Shown piece after piece: positions 51,440 through 62,300 of a DNA stretch of 64,000 nucleotides; positions within the stretch are counted from its first letter, which is position 1, and every line of letters begins with the position of its first letter. The stretch covers positions 4,992,001-5,056,000 of the forward strand of contig OZ243938.1 of assembly GCA_965214095.1 (NCBI GenBank), in the 5' to 3' direction. The DNA is from Candidatus Poribacteria bacterium (GTDB lineage Bacteria > Poribacteria > WGA-4E > WGA-3G). A program made the position numbers and the translations under genes. The notes beneath the pieces are model-generated. The model saw nothing but the letters and a program-made list of their open reading frames with translations. It was not told the origin of the DNA and made no database searches.

Positions 51440-52237
51440 TTATTGAATTTTCAACATACCTTTCGCAGCAAAATTGCGTACTAAACTAACAACAGATTGC
51501 TGGGCAGTCTCACTTATTTGCCTCTGTTCAAAAGTGAGCTGCTCAGTTGCTGTTTCTATCATTTCCACTTTTTCTGATGACATATTATCAAAAAATCTAT
51601 CCTGAATTTCAGTAGACGTATTGTACAAAGCAAGTGCTAAGGTGTTTGTCTCTAATACTTGTAGCAGCGTTATGATCGCATCATCAGGTAAATACACAAT
51701 GTCATCAAAGGTGAACAAACTATCAGAGATTGTGTCAACTAAGTGCGGTTGATTTTTCTCCAAGGCTTCCATCAGTTGATTCTGACGTTCCATATCAACT
51801 TTTGCAAGAAATTTCGCAACGTTTTTTGCCCTGTTTCCGAAGAATAATGTAGTTTCCAGTGAGTCTTTCATTTTCGTGATAAAGTCAGTCCATATCTGTT
51901 CTGCTTGCTGTGTGTCTACCATCTCCGTGACTGCTAATTGTTCTGCAATACGAAGTTGTTTCTGAAAGGGAAACTGCGCGAACATTTGTTGTGCATAAGC
52001 AGTAAGTGTACCTTCCGGTTCCTCTTTAGATGAATCACCCCTAACCAATGTCCTCCGTATTTCTTCAGAATTATCTGTCACTCCTTTGTTCGTAGCAACA
52101 TCAAGCAGCAATAAAAACACTGCGATGTCTGTATCTTCTGCCTCCTCAAACGCTCTCATCACCACAGGCATCGGTGTCTTTTCAAATATGTCAGTCAGTT
52201 CTTGAAGAGAATCTTCATTTAAGAAGGATGCGGTCAT
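51440..52237 (-). CDS. FliG middle/C-terminal-domain-like protein
   Basis: LFTFDDI..L.D..I..LL......LALAL.......DRFF.NMS......AQQ..V..VR.....G resembles FliG_C; ATGA overlap with purM. Confidence 0.7.
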   Translation of the reverse strand: MTASFLNEDSLQELTDIFEKTPMPVVMRAFEEAEDTDIAVFLLLLDVATNKGVTDNSEEIRRTLVRGDSSKEEPEGTLTAYAQQMFAQFPFQKQLRIAEQLAVTEMVDTQQAEQIWTDFITKMKDSLETTLFFGNRAKNVAKFLAKVDMERQNQLMEALEKNQPHLVDTISDSLFTFDDIVYLPDDAIITLLQVLETNTLALALYNTSTEIQDRFFDNMSSEKVEMIETATEQLTFEQRQISETAQQSVVSLVRNFAAKGMLKIQ

Positions 52238-53265
52238 AACACAACTCCTTTGTTCCCTGAAACAATCTCTCCCAATACAAACGCAGACTCATCCGATCCA
52301 TTGAGTGATTTCAGGACTGCTGAAACTGAATCGGGGGCAATCACTATGACAATGCCGATTCCCATATTGAAAACTCTATACATTTCTTCTTCCTCAACAT
52401 TACCTTCTCGTTGGAGTAGGTTGAATATTGCAGGGACCTCCCAACTTTGCTTATGGATACTGGCTTGACATCCATCAGGTAAAATCCGTACTATGTTACC
52501 GGGCAATCCGCCACCAGTGATATGTGCTATTCCTTTAACTTCACACACCTCACGAAGTTTTAAGACAGATTTGACATAACTCTTATGTGGTCTTAGCAGT
52601 TCTTCTCCGACGGTTGTTGAGATTTCAGGGAGATATGTATCAACATCATATTTGCATCGATCAAACAGGATTTTACGTGCCAGAGAATATCCATTTGTAT
52701 GCAAACCAGATGATTTTAGTGCGATTATTTTGTCTCCCGGTGAAATATTCTCTCCCGTTATTAAAGCGTCTCTTTCCACAACACCTACGATTGTTCCAAC
52801 TAAATCGTATTCTCCCGGTGTATATAAGCCGCTAAGCTCTGCTGTTTCTCCGCTGATTAAAGCACATCCTATATCTTGACATCCGGATGTAAGTCCAATC
52901 ATCAACTGCTCAATTACCTCAGGTTCCATTTTACCGATGCCGATGTAATCTAAAAAGAAAAGCGGTTCAGCACCTTGAACGACAATATCATTGCCGCAAT
53001 GTGCGACAATATCGTACCCGACGGTATCGTGCTTATCAGCCTTAAATGCCACCATCAACTTCGTGCCGACACTGTCTGTGCTCGAGACAAGAATAGGATG
53101 CTGATATGAACCCAATGCAAACAAACCACCGAAAGTTCCGACATCACTCAGGACTTCCGGTCTATAGGTAGATGTCACTAATCCTTTTATCCGCTGCATT
53201 GCTTTTGATTCTGCCTCAAATGAAACACCAGCATCTGCATAATTTAAAGGTTTATTGTTTTCCAT
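52234..53265 (-). CDS. purM: Phosphoribosylformylglycinamidine cyclo-ligase
   Basis: YADAGV, FGGLF, STDSVGTKL, GAEPLFFLDY, GETAE, SSGLHTNGYSL, AHITGGG, FNMGIG. Confidence 0.97.
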   Translation of the reverse strand: MENNKPLNYADAGVSFEAESKAMQRIKGLVTSTYRPEVLSDVGTFGGLFALGSYQHPILVSSTDSVGTKLMVAFKADKHDTVGYDIVAHCGNDIVVQGAEPLFFLDYIGIGKMEPEVIEQLMIGLTSGCQDIGCALISGETAELSGLYTPGEYDLVGTIVGVVERDALITGENISPGDKIIALKSSGLHTNGYSLARKILFDRCKYDVDTYLPEISTTVGEELLRPHKSYVKSVLKLREVCEVKGIAHITGGGLPGNIVRILPDGCQASIHKQSWEVPAIFNLLQREGNVEEEEMYRVFNMGIGIVIVIAPDSVSAVLKSLNGSDESAFVLGEIVSGNKGVVL

Positions 53266-53686
53266 CCAACAGTCCTTTATTTTCGGCCTTTTTAGTATTA
53301 ATTTGTTGAACGTTAGGATGTTGTTCTTGTTGTGATTTTCTGTTTCGTTGAATAAGTCCTTTGAGTAGACTAATCAGCAGAAAGAAACCTGTTATACAAA
53401 TTGCCCAAAGCATTCCATAGTATTTTGCATCGTCTTCCATCATTTCTGGGTTCAACTTTTGTAATATACCTGGTAGAATCCAATTCAGAACCATACCCAG
53501 CACAGAGAATATCAGGACAAGTTTTAACGTTGACATACCTTGTGTTGTGCTCAACTGATTCCGCGTCCTCTTGCTTAGACTTGGTTTATCCTGTAATCTT
53601 CTGTTTCGTAACTTCTGCTCTCTTCTCACAGAATCCTTCCACTGTTCTTGTTTTGATTTTGGTGGATCTGGTGGTACATACATCAT
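53252..53686 (-). CDS. Hypothetical two-TM membrane protein
   Basis: Two hydrophobic helices; RBS AAGGA before ATG 53686. Confidence 0.65.
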   Translation of the reverse strand: MMYVPPDPPKSKQEQWKDSVRREQKLRNRRLQDKPSLSKRTRNQLSTTQGMSTLKLVLIFSVLGMVLNWILPGILQKLNPEMMEDDAKYYGMLWAICITGFFLLISLLKGLIQRNRKSQQEQHPNVQQINTKKAENKGLLDGKQ

Positions 53687-53820
53687 AGCGTTTTCCTTAT
53701 CCTCGGTGAGTAGTTTTGTGAGGTGGGTAACATCTTTCTCACCCGATGACTGCAATCAACTGAAGTGCCAACGTACTTACAAAGCCAAAGCGTACTCCTG
53801 ATTTTGTAAAACAGGTATAG

Positions 53821-55227
53821 TTAATCCGCGATTAATGGCAATTGTCGCGGTATACCATCGTTTGCAGTAATACGATATTTCCCATCAAAACAGGCAGTGC
53901 AAAAGTCATTCGGTTTGTTCATAGACTGTAGCATGCCTTCAATACTAACATAACCTAAACTATCCGCACGAATGTATTTTCGTATTTCATCAATAGAATG
54001 TTTACTTGCAATGAGTTCTGCACGCGTCGGTGTATCAACCCCATAGAAACAAGGAAATTTATTCGGTGGAGAGGCAATTCGGAGATGCACTGCAGTTGCA
54101 CCACCTTGCCGCACAATTTTGACGAGTTTACGACTATTTGTCCCTCGCATAATTGAATCGTCTACCATGACAACGCGTTTCCCTTTAAGAACTTCGCGAA
54201 TCGGATTCAATTTGACCTTTACCATGAGTTCTCGTATGTCTTGTGTCGGATTCATAAACGAGCGACCAACAAAGGCGTTTCTTGATAAGCCGAGGTCAAA
54301 AGGAATACCAGACTCTTCTGCATAACCAAGAGCAGCGATCGTTGCAGAATCAGGGACAGGGATTACTACATCTGCTTTTACAGGATGTTCCCGTGCAAGT
54401 TGACGTCCAAACTCACGGCGTGTACTATGTACACCTTGACCAAACATCATGCCATCCGGACGTGCAAGATAAATATATTCAAATATGCATTGAGATAATC
54501 TTGGTCGTTTCGGAGAGAAACGGAAAGATTCCACGCCGAGATGTTTTGAACGTAATGCTACTAATTCGCCTGGTTCGACTTCACGTATCGGTTCAGCTTC
54601 AATGACATCAAGTGCCCCTGTTTCAGAGGCTAAAACATACGCCTCTCCGAGTTTTCCAATCCACAACGGACGGAAACCGTGTGGGTCACGTGCCCCCATC
54701 AGTGTTGTCTTATCCAACACAACAAAGGAATACGCACCCTCAACTGCTCGGAACGCATCAAACATTTTATCTTCTAAATTAGCTTGACGTGATAATGCAA
54801 TCAGATGGAAAACGACTTCCGTATCTAAACTGGTACTAAAGATAGATCCACTATTTTCGAGATGGTTTCGTATGTTTTGTGCGTTGATTAAGTTGCCGTT
54901 GTGTCCAAGGGCAAGGATTCCCTGTTTGTAATTCCTGACTAAAGGCTGTGCATTTTCAAGCGTACTTTCACCGGCAGTTGAATATCTGTTGTGTCCGATG
55001 GCAATATGCCCTTTTAGTTCTCCTAAAATATCAGTGTTAAAAACAGCATCAACCAAACCCATTCCATGATGGGATGTAAATCTTTCACCATCAGAAGCGA
55101 CAATCCCACTGCTCTCTTGGCCGCGATGTTGAAGAGCACGCAATCCGAGATAGGTTAATTCAACTGCTCTCGGGTGTCCAAAGACACCGAAAACACCGCA
55201 TTCATCCTTCGGTTTATCATACTGCAT
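53821..55227 (-). CDS. purF: Amidophosphoribosyltransferase (propeptide, Fe-S type)
   Basis: ECGVFG, LQHRGQES, GHNRYST, HNGNL, VDDSIMRG, CFYGVD, CTACFDG. Confidence 0.97.
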   Translation of the reverse strand: MQYDKPKDECGVFGVFGHPRAVELTYLGLRALQHRGQESSGIVASDGERFTSHHGMGLVDAVFNTDILGELKGHIAIGHNRYSTAGESTLENAQPLVRNYKQGILALGHNGNLINAQNIRNHLENSGSIFSTSLDTEVVFHLIALSRQANLEDKMFDAFRAVEGAYSFVVLDKTTLMGARDPHGFRPLWIGKLGEAYVLASETGALDVIEAEPIREVEPGELVALRSKHLGVESFRFSPKRPRLSQCIFEYIYLARPDGMMFGQGVHSTRREFGRQLAREHPVKADVVIPVPDSATIAALGYAEESGIPFDLGLSRNAFVGRSFMNPTQDIRELMVKVKLNPIREVLKGKRVVMVDDSIMRGTNSRKLVKIVRQGGATAVHLRIASPPNKFPCFYGVDTPTRAELIASKHSIDEIRKYIRADSLGYVSIEGMLQSMNKPNDFCTACFDGKYRITANDGIPRQLPLIAD

Positions 55228-55346
55228 AGGTCAGCGATACCTCCGGTATGTGCGTGAACCCAAGTAATTCACAGGGCAATACCTCAGTTAATGAAAACCT
55301 TCGTAATACTAATAAGTAGAACGAGACTTTGTGAAACATTAGATTC

Positions 55347-55892
55347 TTATGTCTCTTGTGCGTTGACTTCTATTTTATCAATGTCAGCTAATCTATATCC
55401 CAAAATAGCACCTATCGGGATAGCCAAAACATATAACATCAACACTGGGAGTCCGAGCATTAACCATACTCTAATAGGTAGCGACAAAAGGAAAGCAATA
55501 GTTTGAAAAATTGGAAGAATTATGGTAAGAATTATATTTTGTGTGCCAAAAATTTCCCAAGGCACATTTCGGAGTGCAAGTAACCCAACGATTGCGGGTG
55601 CACCCAAGAATGCTCCAGAACAGACAGGTTTGAAAGGAATACTATATCCGAAATACCGTCCAACATGACGGGTCCCTTCAGTCACACAAACTATGATTAG
55701 ACCGTAGGATAGCGATATTGAGATTAGCAAGAGCAGTCCTACCCAAAACCCGTGTGTAATCCTGTCATTGATGAGTATTTGCCAGATCAATTTGTTAAAA
55801 ATAAGAAAATATACAATACAACCGATTAGCGTTATAAAAACACCAACAGCGATTTGTATTAGCGTTAACAGGATACTATCTTTTTGGGACAT
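55347..55892 (-). CDS. Hypothetical multi-pass membrane protein
   Basis: About five hydrophobic segments. Confidence 0.65.
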   Translation of the reverse strand: MSQKDSILLTLIQIAVGVFITLIGCIVYFLIFNKLIWQILINDRITHGFWVGLLLLISISLSYGLIIVCVTEGTRHVGRYFGYSIPFKPVCSGAFLGAPAIVGLLALRNVPWEIFGTQNIILTIILPIFQTIAFLLSLPIRVWLMLGLPVLMLYVLAIPIGAILGYRLADIDKIEVNAQET

Positions 55893-55972
55893 CTCATTTC
55901 CTGATTCCTAAAGTTAATATGAATTAAGTATAGCATGATGTCATAAATATGTCAAGATTTTTAAAGAGATTC

Positions 55973-56192
55973 CATGGTTATTTAGTTTTCGGTTTTTCTT
56001 GTCCTTTTTTCACAAATGCTAAATGCCCAAGCCGGTAGGTGCGGTTTCCTAACCGCACCGAATTTGTGAGAAGACCTATTATGAAAGGCGTTTGATAACA
56101 ATCCGGTGCGGTTTGGAAACCGCACTACCGTCAGGGAAATTTGCGCGTATGTGAAAGAAAATACAAGAAAAACCGAAAACTAAATAACCCGG
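55973..56192. mobile_element. MITE of the GGTTATTTAGTTTT family carrying an inverted REP doublet
   Basis: 27-bp perfect TIR ggttatttagttttcggtttttcttgt / acaagaaaaaccgaaaactaaataacc; internal cggtaggtgcggtttcctaaccgcaccg ... cggtgcggtttggaaaccgcactaccg. Confidence 0.85.
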
Positions 56193-56310
56193 AAAATTAT
56201 ATTGCATAGATGAGATTCTTAATGATAGTATAATAAAGTATGTCAACATTCATAGATGGAATAGCGTTGTACACTAATATAAATAAATATTTCTAAACTG
56301 GAGAATATAA

Positions 56311-57114
56311 ATGTTAAAAAGATTAAAAGAAATCACAGCACTATTTCTGTGTGTAATCCTCGTAGTAACGCTATTCGGGTGTTATATTGATGTGGACGAT
56401 GATGACGAAACAGATCGTGAACCTCCCGCGATTCCTCGCGGTGTCAGAACAATCACAGGTGATGGGTACGTTATAGTTGAGTGGTATCCAAATGGTGAAT
56501 TTGATTTGGATGGTTACACTGTTTGGCGTAGTGAAAATAACAACGACTTTGACTCAATTGCTGAACTTTCGGTTGACTCAACCGTCTACACCGACAGAAA
56601 CGTGCGAAACGGTAGAACGTATTACTATGCCGTTTCTGCTATTGATAACGATGGCAACGAAAGTGAACTCAGTCCAGAAAATGCGTGGGATACACCTCGT
56701 CCTGAAGGCAGAAATATCATATTAGATGATTACGTTCTCGAACCTGAGCGGAGCGGCTTTGACTTTTCAAATCCACGTAGAGGTGCTATCCCTTGGGACG
56801 ATAGATCAGCGGATGTCTATTTTGGGTTAGATGAGGAAGTTTTTGTCAGATATCTTTATTCAGATAACGAAACAGTGATGCAGGATTTGGGGTATCACGA
56901 AAACTTTGATGGCGTTGATGTCGTGCCAGAATACGGATACACAACACTGTTTGTGGAACTCGTTGAGGGGCACATCTATGCACTATATACGCCGGATGGG
57001 AACTTCGCTAAAATCCATATTCGCAGACTTACAGATGACGATGTGGAATTTGATTGGGCATATCAAACTGATCCTGAAAATATACAATTAGCTCCAGCAC
57101 AACCCAATAAGTGA
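56311..57114 (+). CDS. Lipoprotein with fibronectin type III domain
   Basis: LFGC lipobox; PPAIP.G...W...GY.VWRS...YTD..V.NG.TYYYAVSA.D..GNES. Confidence 0.8.
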   Translation: MLKRLKEITALFLCVILVVTLFGCYIDVDDDDETDREPPAIPRGVRTITGDGYVIVEWYPNGEFDLDGYTVWRSENNNDFDSIAELSVDSTVYTDRNVRNGRTYYYAVSAIDNDGNESELSPENAWDTPRPEGRNIILDDYVLEPERSGFDFSNPRRGAIPWDDRSADVYFGLDEEVFVRYLYSDNETVMQDLGYHENFDGVDVVPEYGYTTLFVELVEGHIYALYTPDGNFAKIHIRRLTDDDVEFDWAYQTDPENIQLAPAQPNK

Positions 57115-57323
57115 AAATTACATTAACTGAAACGAGGCTTTATACTGCCATCATCATCTAATAGTCTGGTTTGTCATCTCGCAATTCATTGCGTCTCTTA
57201 CATTCAACGGAGAAAGAGGCATCATGAGTTGCACTCCTACAAACCAACTTTTTTTACAGTAAGGCATTTAATGTCTGTATAGCCTCAAGCGAAAAACTTT
57301 TCCACACTTCGAAATTAGTCTTG

Positions 57324-57352
57324 TTGATTTATCACACGCAATTATGTATAAT
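57324..57352 (+). promoter_or_regulatory. sigma70-type promoter with ~155-nt leader
   Basis: TTGATT-17 bp-TATAAT. Confidence 0.65.
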
Positions 57353-57513
57353 ATACAGATAGATTAACGGTGAGAGCATTTATTAGAGTAAAAGTGGAGA
57401 GTTTGCCTTATCATCAGTACGATAAGATTGGATTGTTCTGGGAATCTTGATACTTTTCGTATTGAGCAGTTGTCTATACCGTCATTATTCTATTAGATGA
57501 GAAAGGAGAGATA

Positions 57514-58122
57514 GTGAATAAATATATTATACTTCTGTTTTTTGTCTTCTGTACTGTTGTACTTCCGCAATTGGAAGCGTTGTCAGCAGAGCAAAATCCG
57601 ACAGATACGAAGCCAATTTCAAGGTTTCAGGGATCGCGCCCCTCGCAAGATGTTGATATAGAACCTGTTTATCCACTCTACCGTCAACATTCCACACAAT
57701 ATTATTCCATGCGTAGTTCTCGAAAAGCATCACTATTATCGGCATCTATGCCTGGTTTGGGACAGGCGTATGCAGACAGTTATTTAAAAGCAACACTGTT
57801 TCTGACTGCTGAAATAGGTGTCTTTGCATTGGCGAGTTATAATATTGCACGTGCCTTACATTATCGAAGTCATGACACATTCAGGACAGGCTTTTTAGAT
57901 GAGCGGACAAACACTTTCTTAGACAAAGACCAAGTCCGTTCAAGAATGACTGACCACAGTATACGTGGCACACTTTTCCTAATCACAGGCATCGGATTGC
58001 ACGTATGGAATATCGTTGATGCTTCAAAAACTGCAATAGAATATAATAATCGAAGAATTTCCGTTCAAATGCAACAAACTAATCATAACATGCACGCCCT
58101 CATTTTTACGCATCGGTTCTAA
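57514..58122 (+). CDS. DUF5683-like membrane protein
   Basis: KASLLSA.MPGLGQ.Y; W NIVDA motif. Confidence 0.65.
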   Translation: MNKYIILLFFVFCTVVLPQLEALSAEQNPTDTKPISRFQGSRPSQDVDIEPVYPLYRQHSTQYYSMRSSRKASLLSASMPGLGQAYADSYLKATLFLTAEIGVFALASYNIARALHYRSHDTFRTGFLDERTNTFLDKDQVRSRMTDHSIRGTLFLITGIGLHVWNIVDASKTAIEYNNRRISVQMQQTNHNMHALIFTHRF

Positions 58123-58160
58123 GCGTGCAGTTATTCAGATGATTTTTCTTCGGTTTTTCT

Positions 58161-59036
58161 GTGCAGTTAGTTTCTATATTAGAAGTCTATGGAGTTGATA
58201 GTGTGAATTATGTCAAGTGCTTGTCACTCATTATTTTGTTATTAGGAGTAAGTTTCCCACTATCTCAAGTTGCATCGGATGAATTGGAATCCTCCGAAAG
58301 CACTGCTAACGACCCTGCACAATTAGAAATTCCGCTTGCAAATGTTGAGAATGTAGCTGCACAACCGTTAATAGTTGGAGAGAAAATAACATATAACATC
58401 AAAGTTTCTTGGATTCCGGTAACCGCTGGCAAACGCGTGGACCATATAGAGAAGAGAATACCGTTAGACAGGAAAAGTGCATACCATATTACCTCAGAAG
58501 CAAAAACAAGTTCTGTAGCTGCAAGAATATATCGGTTTCAAAACCGTCAATCCACTTTTCTGGACACAAAAAGTTTCTACCCGATTAGTTTCAGGAATCA
58601 ACTTCAGGATAAAAAATATACTGCTAAAGTTGAGATCAATTTTAAGGATGGGAAAGCAGATTATGAAAAAATCTCACAGAAGAAACCGACTGAACCGGAA
58701 AAAAGTGATAAAAAAGAATTAGAAGTTCCAGTGGGAACACAAGATGAACTTTCTATGATCTATTTCCTGCGTAGTAAAAAATTGGAACCAGGTAAAACTT
58801 ATTTCTTTCCATTGATTATCAAATCAAAGGTTGTGAAAGCTACCATCAGTGTAGAACGCGGAGAAGTGATAAAGGTAAAAGGTTTAGGGCGCGTTAAAAC
58901 ACTTGTGGTGACCACTTCACACGGGTATCGTCTTTGGTTAACAGATAACCGTCGACATATCCCTGTCAGAATTGAAGCTAATGTAAAAATGGGTAAGATG
59001 AAAGCCAACTTAGAGAAGATTGAATTTGTAAAATAA
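58161..59036 (+). CDS. DUF3108-like secreted protein (start may be GTG 58203)
   Basis: GEKITYNI...AG; QDELSMIYFLR; LWLTDN..HIPVRI. Confidence 0.7.
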   Translation: MQLVSILEVYGVDSVNYVKCLSLIILLLGVSFPLSQVASDELESSESTANDPAQLEIPLANVENVAAQPLIVGEKITYNIKVSWIPVTAGKRVDHIEKRIPLDRKSAYHITSEAKTSSVAARIYRFQNRQSTFLDTKSFYPISFRNQLQDKKYTAKVEINFKDGKADYEKISQKKPTEPEKSDKKELEVPVGTQDELSMIYFLRSKKLEPGKTYFFPLIIKSKVVKATISVERGEVIKVKGLGRVKTLVVTTSHGYRLWLTDNRRHIPVRIEANVKMGKMKANLEKIEFVK

Positions 59037-59065
59037 AACATTCTTCGGTAGGTGTCTTTCTTCTT

Positions 59066-59290
59066 TATAGTAGATTTTTGAATTATGGTGAAGCATAGAA
59101 TTATATCTACACTTTCTATCAACGGTAGGCGAGGTTTCCTAACCTCGCTAAAGCAATGTGTAGAATTATTTCAATAATTTACCATAATATAGTGAATTAT
59201 AAATATAAGTTCACACTTTCGCCCCACGGTAGGCGAGGTTTCCTAACCTCGCCGAGGCAGAGTGTTCAAGTAATTTCAAAATCTACTATA
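59066..59290. repeat. MITE-like unit with two GTAG-REPs
   Basis: Ends tatagtagattttt / aaaatctactata; two copies of cggtaggcgaggtttcctaacctcgc. Confidence 0.7.
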
Positions 59291-59369
59291 TATATTTTGG
59301 ATAAGTAGAGGGAACTCCGATTCCTGATTATCACTGATTTAAGTCCTACCGAACGATAAGGAACAGTTT

Positions 59370-62300
59370 GTGTTAGAGTCTTTACGAAGAACGAAGAGTT
59401 ATAAAAATGTTGTTGAATGCCTGAAGCACGGTGCAAACCCTCCGTCGCTAATAGGGATGCGTAACGCATCAACTTCCTATTTCCTCGCAACTATAATTGA
59501 CGATGTGCCGGATAAATCTTTTCTCGTCGTGTTTCCCTCACATCGTGAGGCGGAACAAGCGTTAGAAGAAGTGCGCGCATTTCGTAACCACAACATTGAA
59601 CAAGATACAGAGCAGGGAAATCGCCAAGACAATCTATACCTATTCCCTTCTTGGCAAAATACACTTTTTGAAGGCATTTCTCCAACAAATAATATATCTG
59701 TTGATCGGATGCGATGCCTGCATGACCTGATTACGAAAAATGGCAAACCTATCTCTGAAAACACATCAGAGACAACACAAAATGGTGTGGTCTTTACTAC
59801 TGTTCGAGCGTTATCTTACAAATTGCCACCGCGCGACACGTTAACTTCTGCTTGTCGCAGACTTGAAATCGGTGATGAAGTAGAGTACCATGATCTGATA
59901 ACTTTCCTGAATCGTAGTGGGTACCGACAAGTTGAGTTGGTGGAAGTGAAAGGGGAATTTGCACATAGAGGGGATATAATAGATGTTTTTCCTCTCACAT
60001 CCGACACACCTGTTCGCCTTGATTTCTTTGGTGATGAACTTGATGAAATTCGCCTGTTTGATGCAACATCACAAGTTACAATTGAACATGATGACTCTGT
60101 TGTGGTTACACCTATGTCTGAAGTATGTCTGGCTGACATCTCAATTTCACATTGGAAATCACAAACAGAAAGACTGATGAAGACATCACCAAATACACCG
60201 GATTATATCAACTCAATACGGGAGATGACACGGGGATTAGAAGACTTTATTACAAGGAGACAAACGAATAATCCAAATATCGTTGATGAGATTCCGCAGG
60301 ATATTGACGGTGTTGAAGCATTTTTACCAATGTTGTTTCCTGAAACTGGCATGCTGTCTGATTATTTACCAGACGAAACAGTGGTCTTGATGGTGGAACC
60401 GCGTTGGCAAATGCATGAAGCAGAACAGATACGTGAACAATTGCAGGAGATATACGAAAGAAGGATGGCAGAAGGAAAACTAATGCCGACTCTTGATAAT
60501 ATACTCGTGCCAACTGAAACGATTGAAACTGAATTAGGTCAATATCCAAACATACCGGTCTCTTTAGCAACTGCTGCATCCGATGAAAATACTGAAAATG
60601 GACCTGCTAATGTCAATCAAGAGGAGGATGATTTAGAACCGTATTTTGACTTTAAGCCACTCGGACTCGGTAGAGGCAACTATCAGATGGTAATTGATTA
60701 CATCAATAGATGGATAAATAAAGACTACCTTGTCAATGTTTTTTGTGAGACACGGCAACAAGCCAAACGCGTATTAGAGATGTTGATTGAACGAGAACTG
60801 CCGTCTGAGAAATTATCCGTATCTGTTGGTTTTATCTCTGAAGGCTTCATCAGCGATTCACTCAAACTTGTTTTCATCTCTGAAAATGAGATATTTGGCA
60901 ATCCGCAGAAACGGGTTGCTTCTCGAAAACGACACAAGAGTGGTGCACCAATATTAAGTCTAATTGACATGCAAGTTGGCGACCATGTTGTCCATATTTC
61001 TCACGGGATAGCGGTTTACGAAGGTATACGCCGCATGGATATTGATGGACAATCACAAGATTTCTTGATCCTTAAATATAGGGAAGAAGATAGGCTGTAT
61101 GTACCAACCTACCAAGTAGACATTGTGCAGAAGTATATTGGGAACAAAGATGAGTCCTACGAACCACGAATAGACCATCTCGGTGGAAAATCTTGGCAAA
61201 ACAAAAAACAACGTGCAAAAGCTGCTGTGGAGGAGATGGCAGAGGAATTACTTAAACTTTATGCGGCACGACAAGCAAATGAAGGATATAGTTTTCCGAC
61301 AGAAGTGCCGTGGGAAAGCGAATTTGAGGCTCTCTTTCCATTCCAAGAAACAGACGATCAACTCCAAGCTATTGAAGACGTTAAGGCAGATATGGAGATT
61401 GATAAACCCATGGATCGACTTGTCTGTGGTGATGTTGGATATGGTAAAACAGAGGTGGCATTACGTGCTGCGTTCAAAGCTGTTATGGCAGAAAAACAGG
61501 TCGCGCTCCTTGTTCCGACAACCATTTTGGCACTTCAGCATTACGACACTTTTGAAAAAAGATTCAAACCGTTTCCGATACAAGTTGAGATGCTGAATCG
61601 TTTTCGTAGCAGGAAGGAGATACAATCGGTCAAGAAGAAACTTACAGAAGGCACAGTTGACATTGTAATCGGCACGCACTCCTTGCTTTCTGATAGTGTT
61701 ACTTTTGACAATCTCGGTTTACTAATCGTTGATGAAGAACATCGCTTTGGTGTGAAACATAAAGAGAAAATCAAACAATTTAAAGAGACAGTAGATGTGT
61801 TAACACTAACAGCGACCCCAATTCCACGTACCTTACACATGTCACTTGTCGGTATTAGAGACTTTAGTATTATAAACACACCACCCGCTAATCGGTTACC
61901 GATTCAGACACAGGTGATGCCGTATAACACAAAAGTGATCCGTGATGCTATAATGAACGAGTTGTCGCGAGATGGACAGGTTTTCTTTGTCCACAACCGA
62001 GTTCAAGATATCGCTGTTATTGCTAAAAATATACAAGAACTCGCACCACATGCACGGGTTGCTATTGCACACGGACAGATGCCGGAACGTGAACTGGAAA
62101 ACGTGATGTTGGAATTTGTGCGACACAAACACGATATCTTGGTCTGTACGATGATTATTGAATCTGGCTTGGACATCCCAAATGTGAATACCATCATGAT
62201 CAATCGGGCTGATGCTTTCGGTTTAGCACAGTTGTATCAACTCCGGGGTCGCGTTGGACGTGCTGATGAGCAAGCCTATGGATACCTATTTTATCCACCA

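Noticed and set aside
55228-55346. Purine or ZTP riboswitch upstream of purF
   Set aside because: No recognisable aptamer consensus on the minus strand
57407-57426. CTTATC...GATAAG resembling the SAM-I riboswitch P1
   Set aside because: Only 8 nt enclosed; no aptamer core
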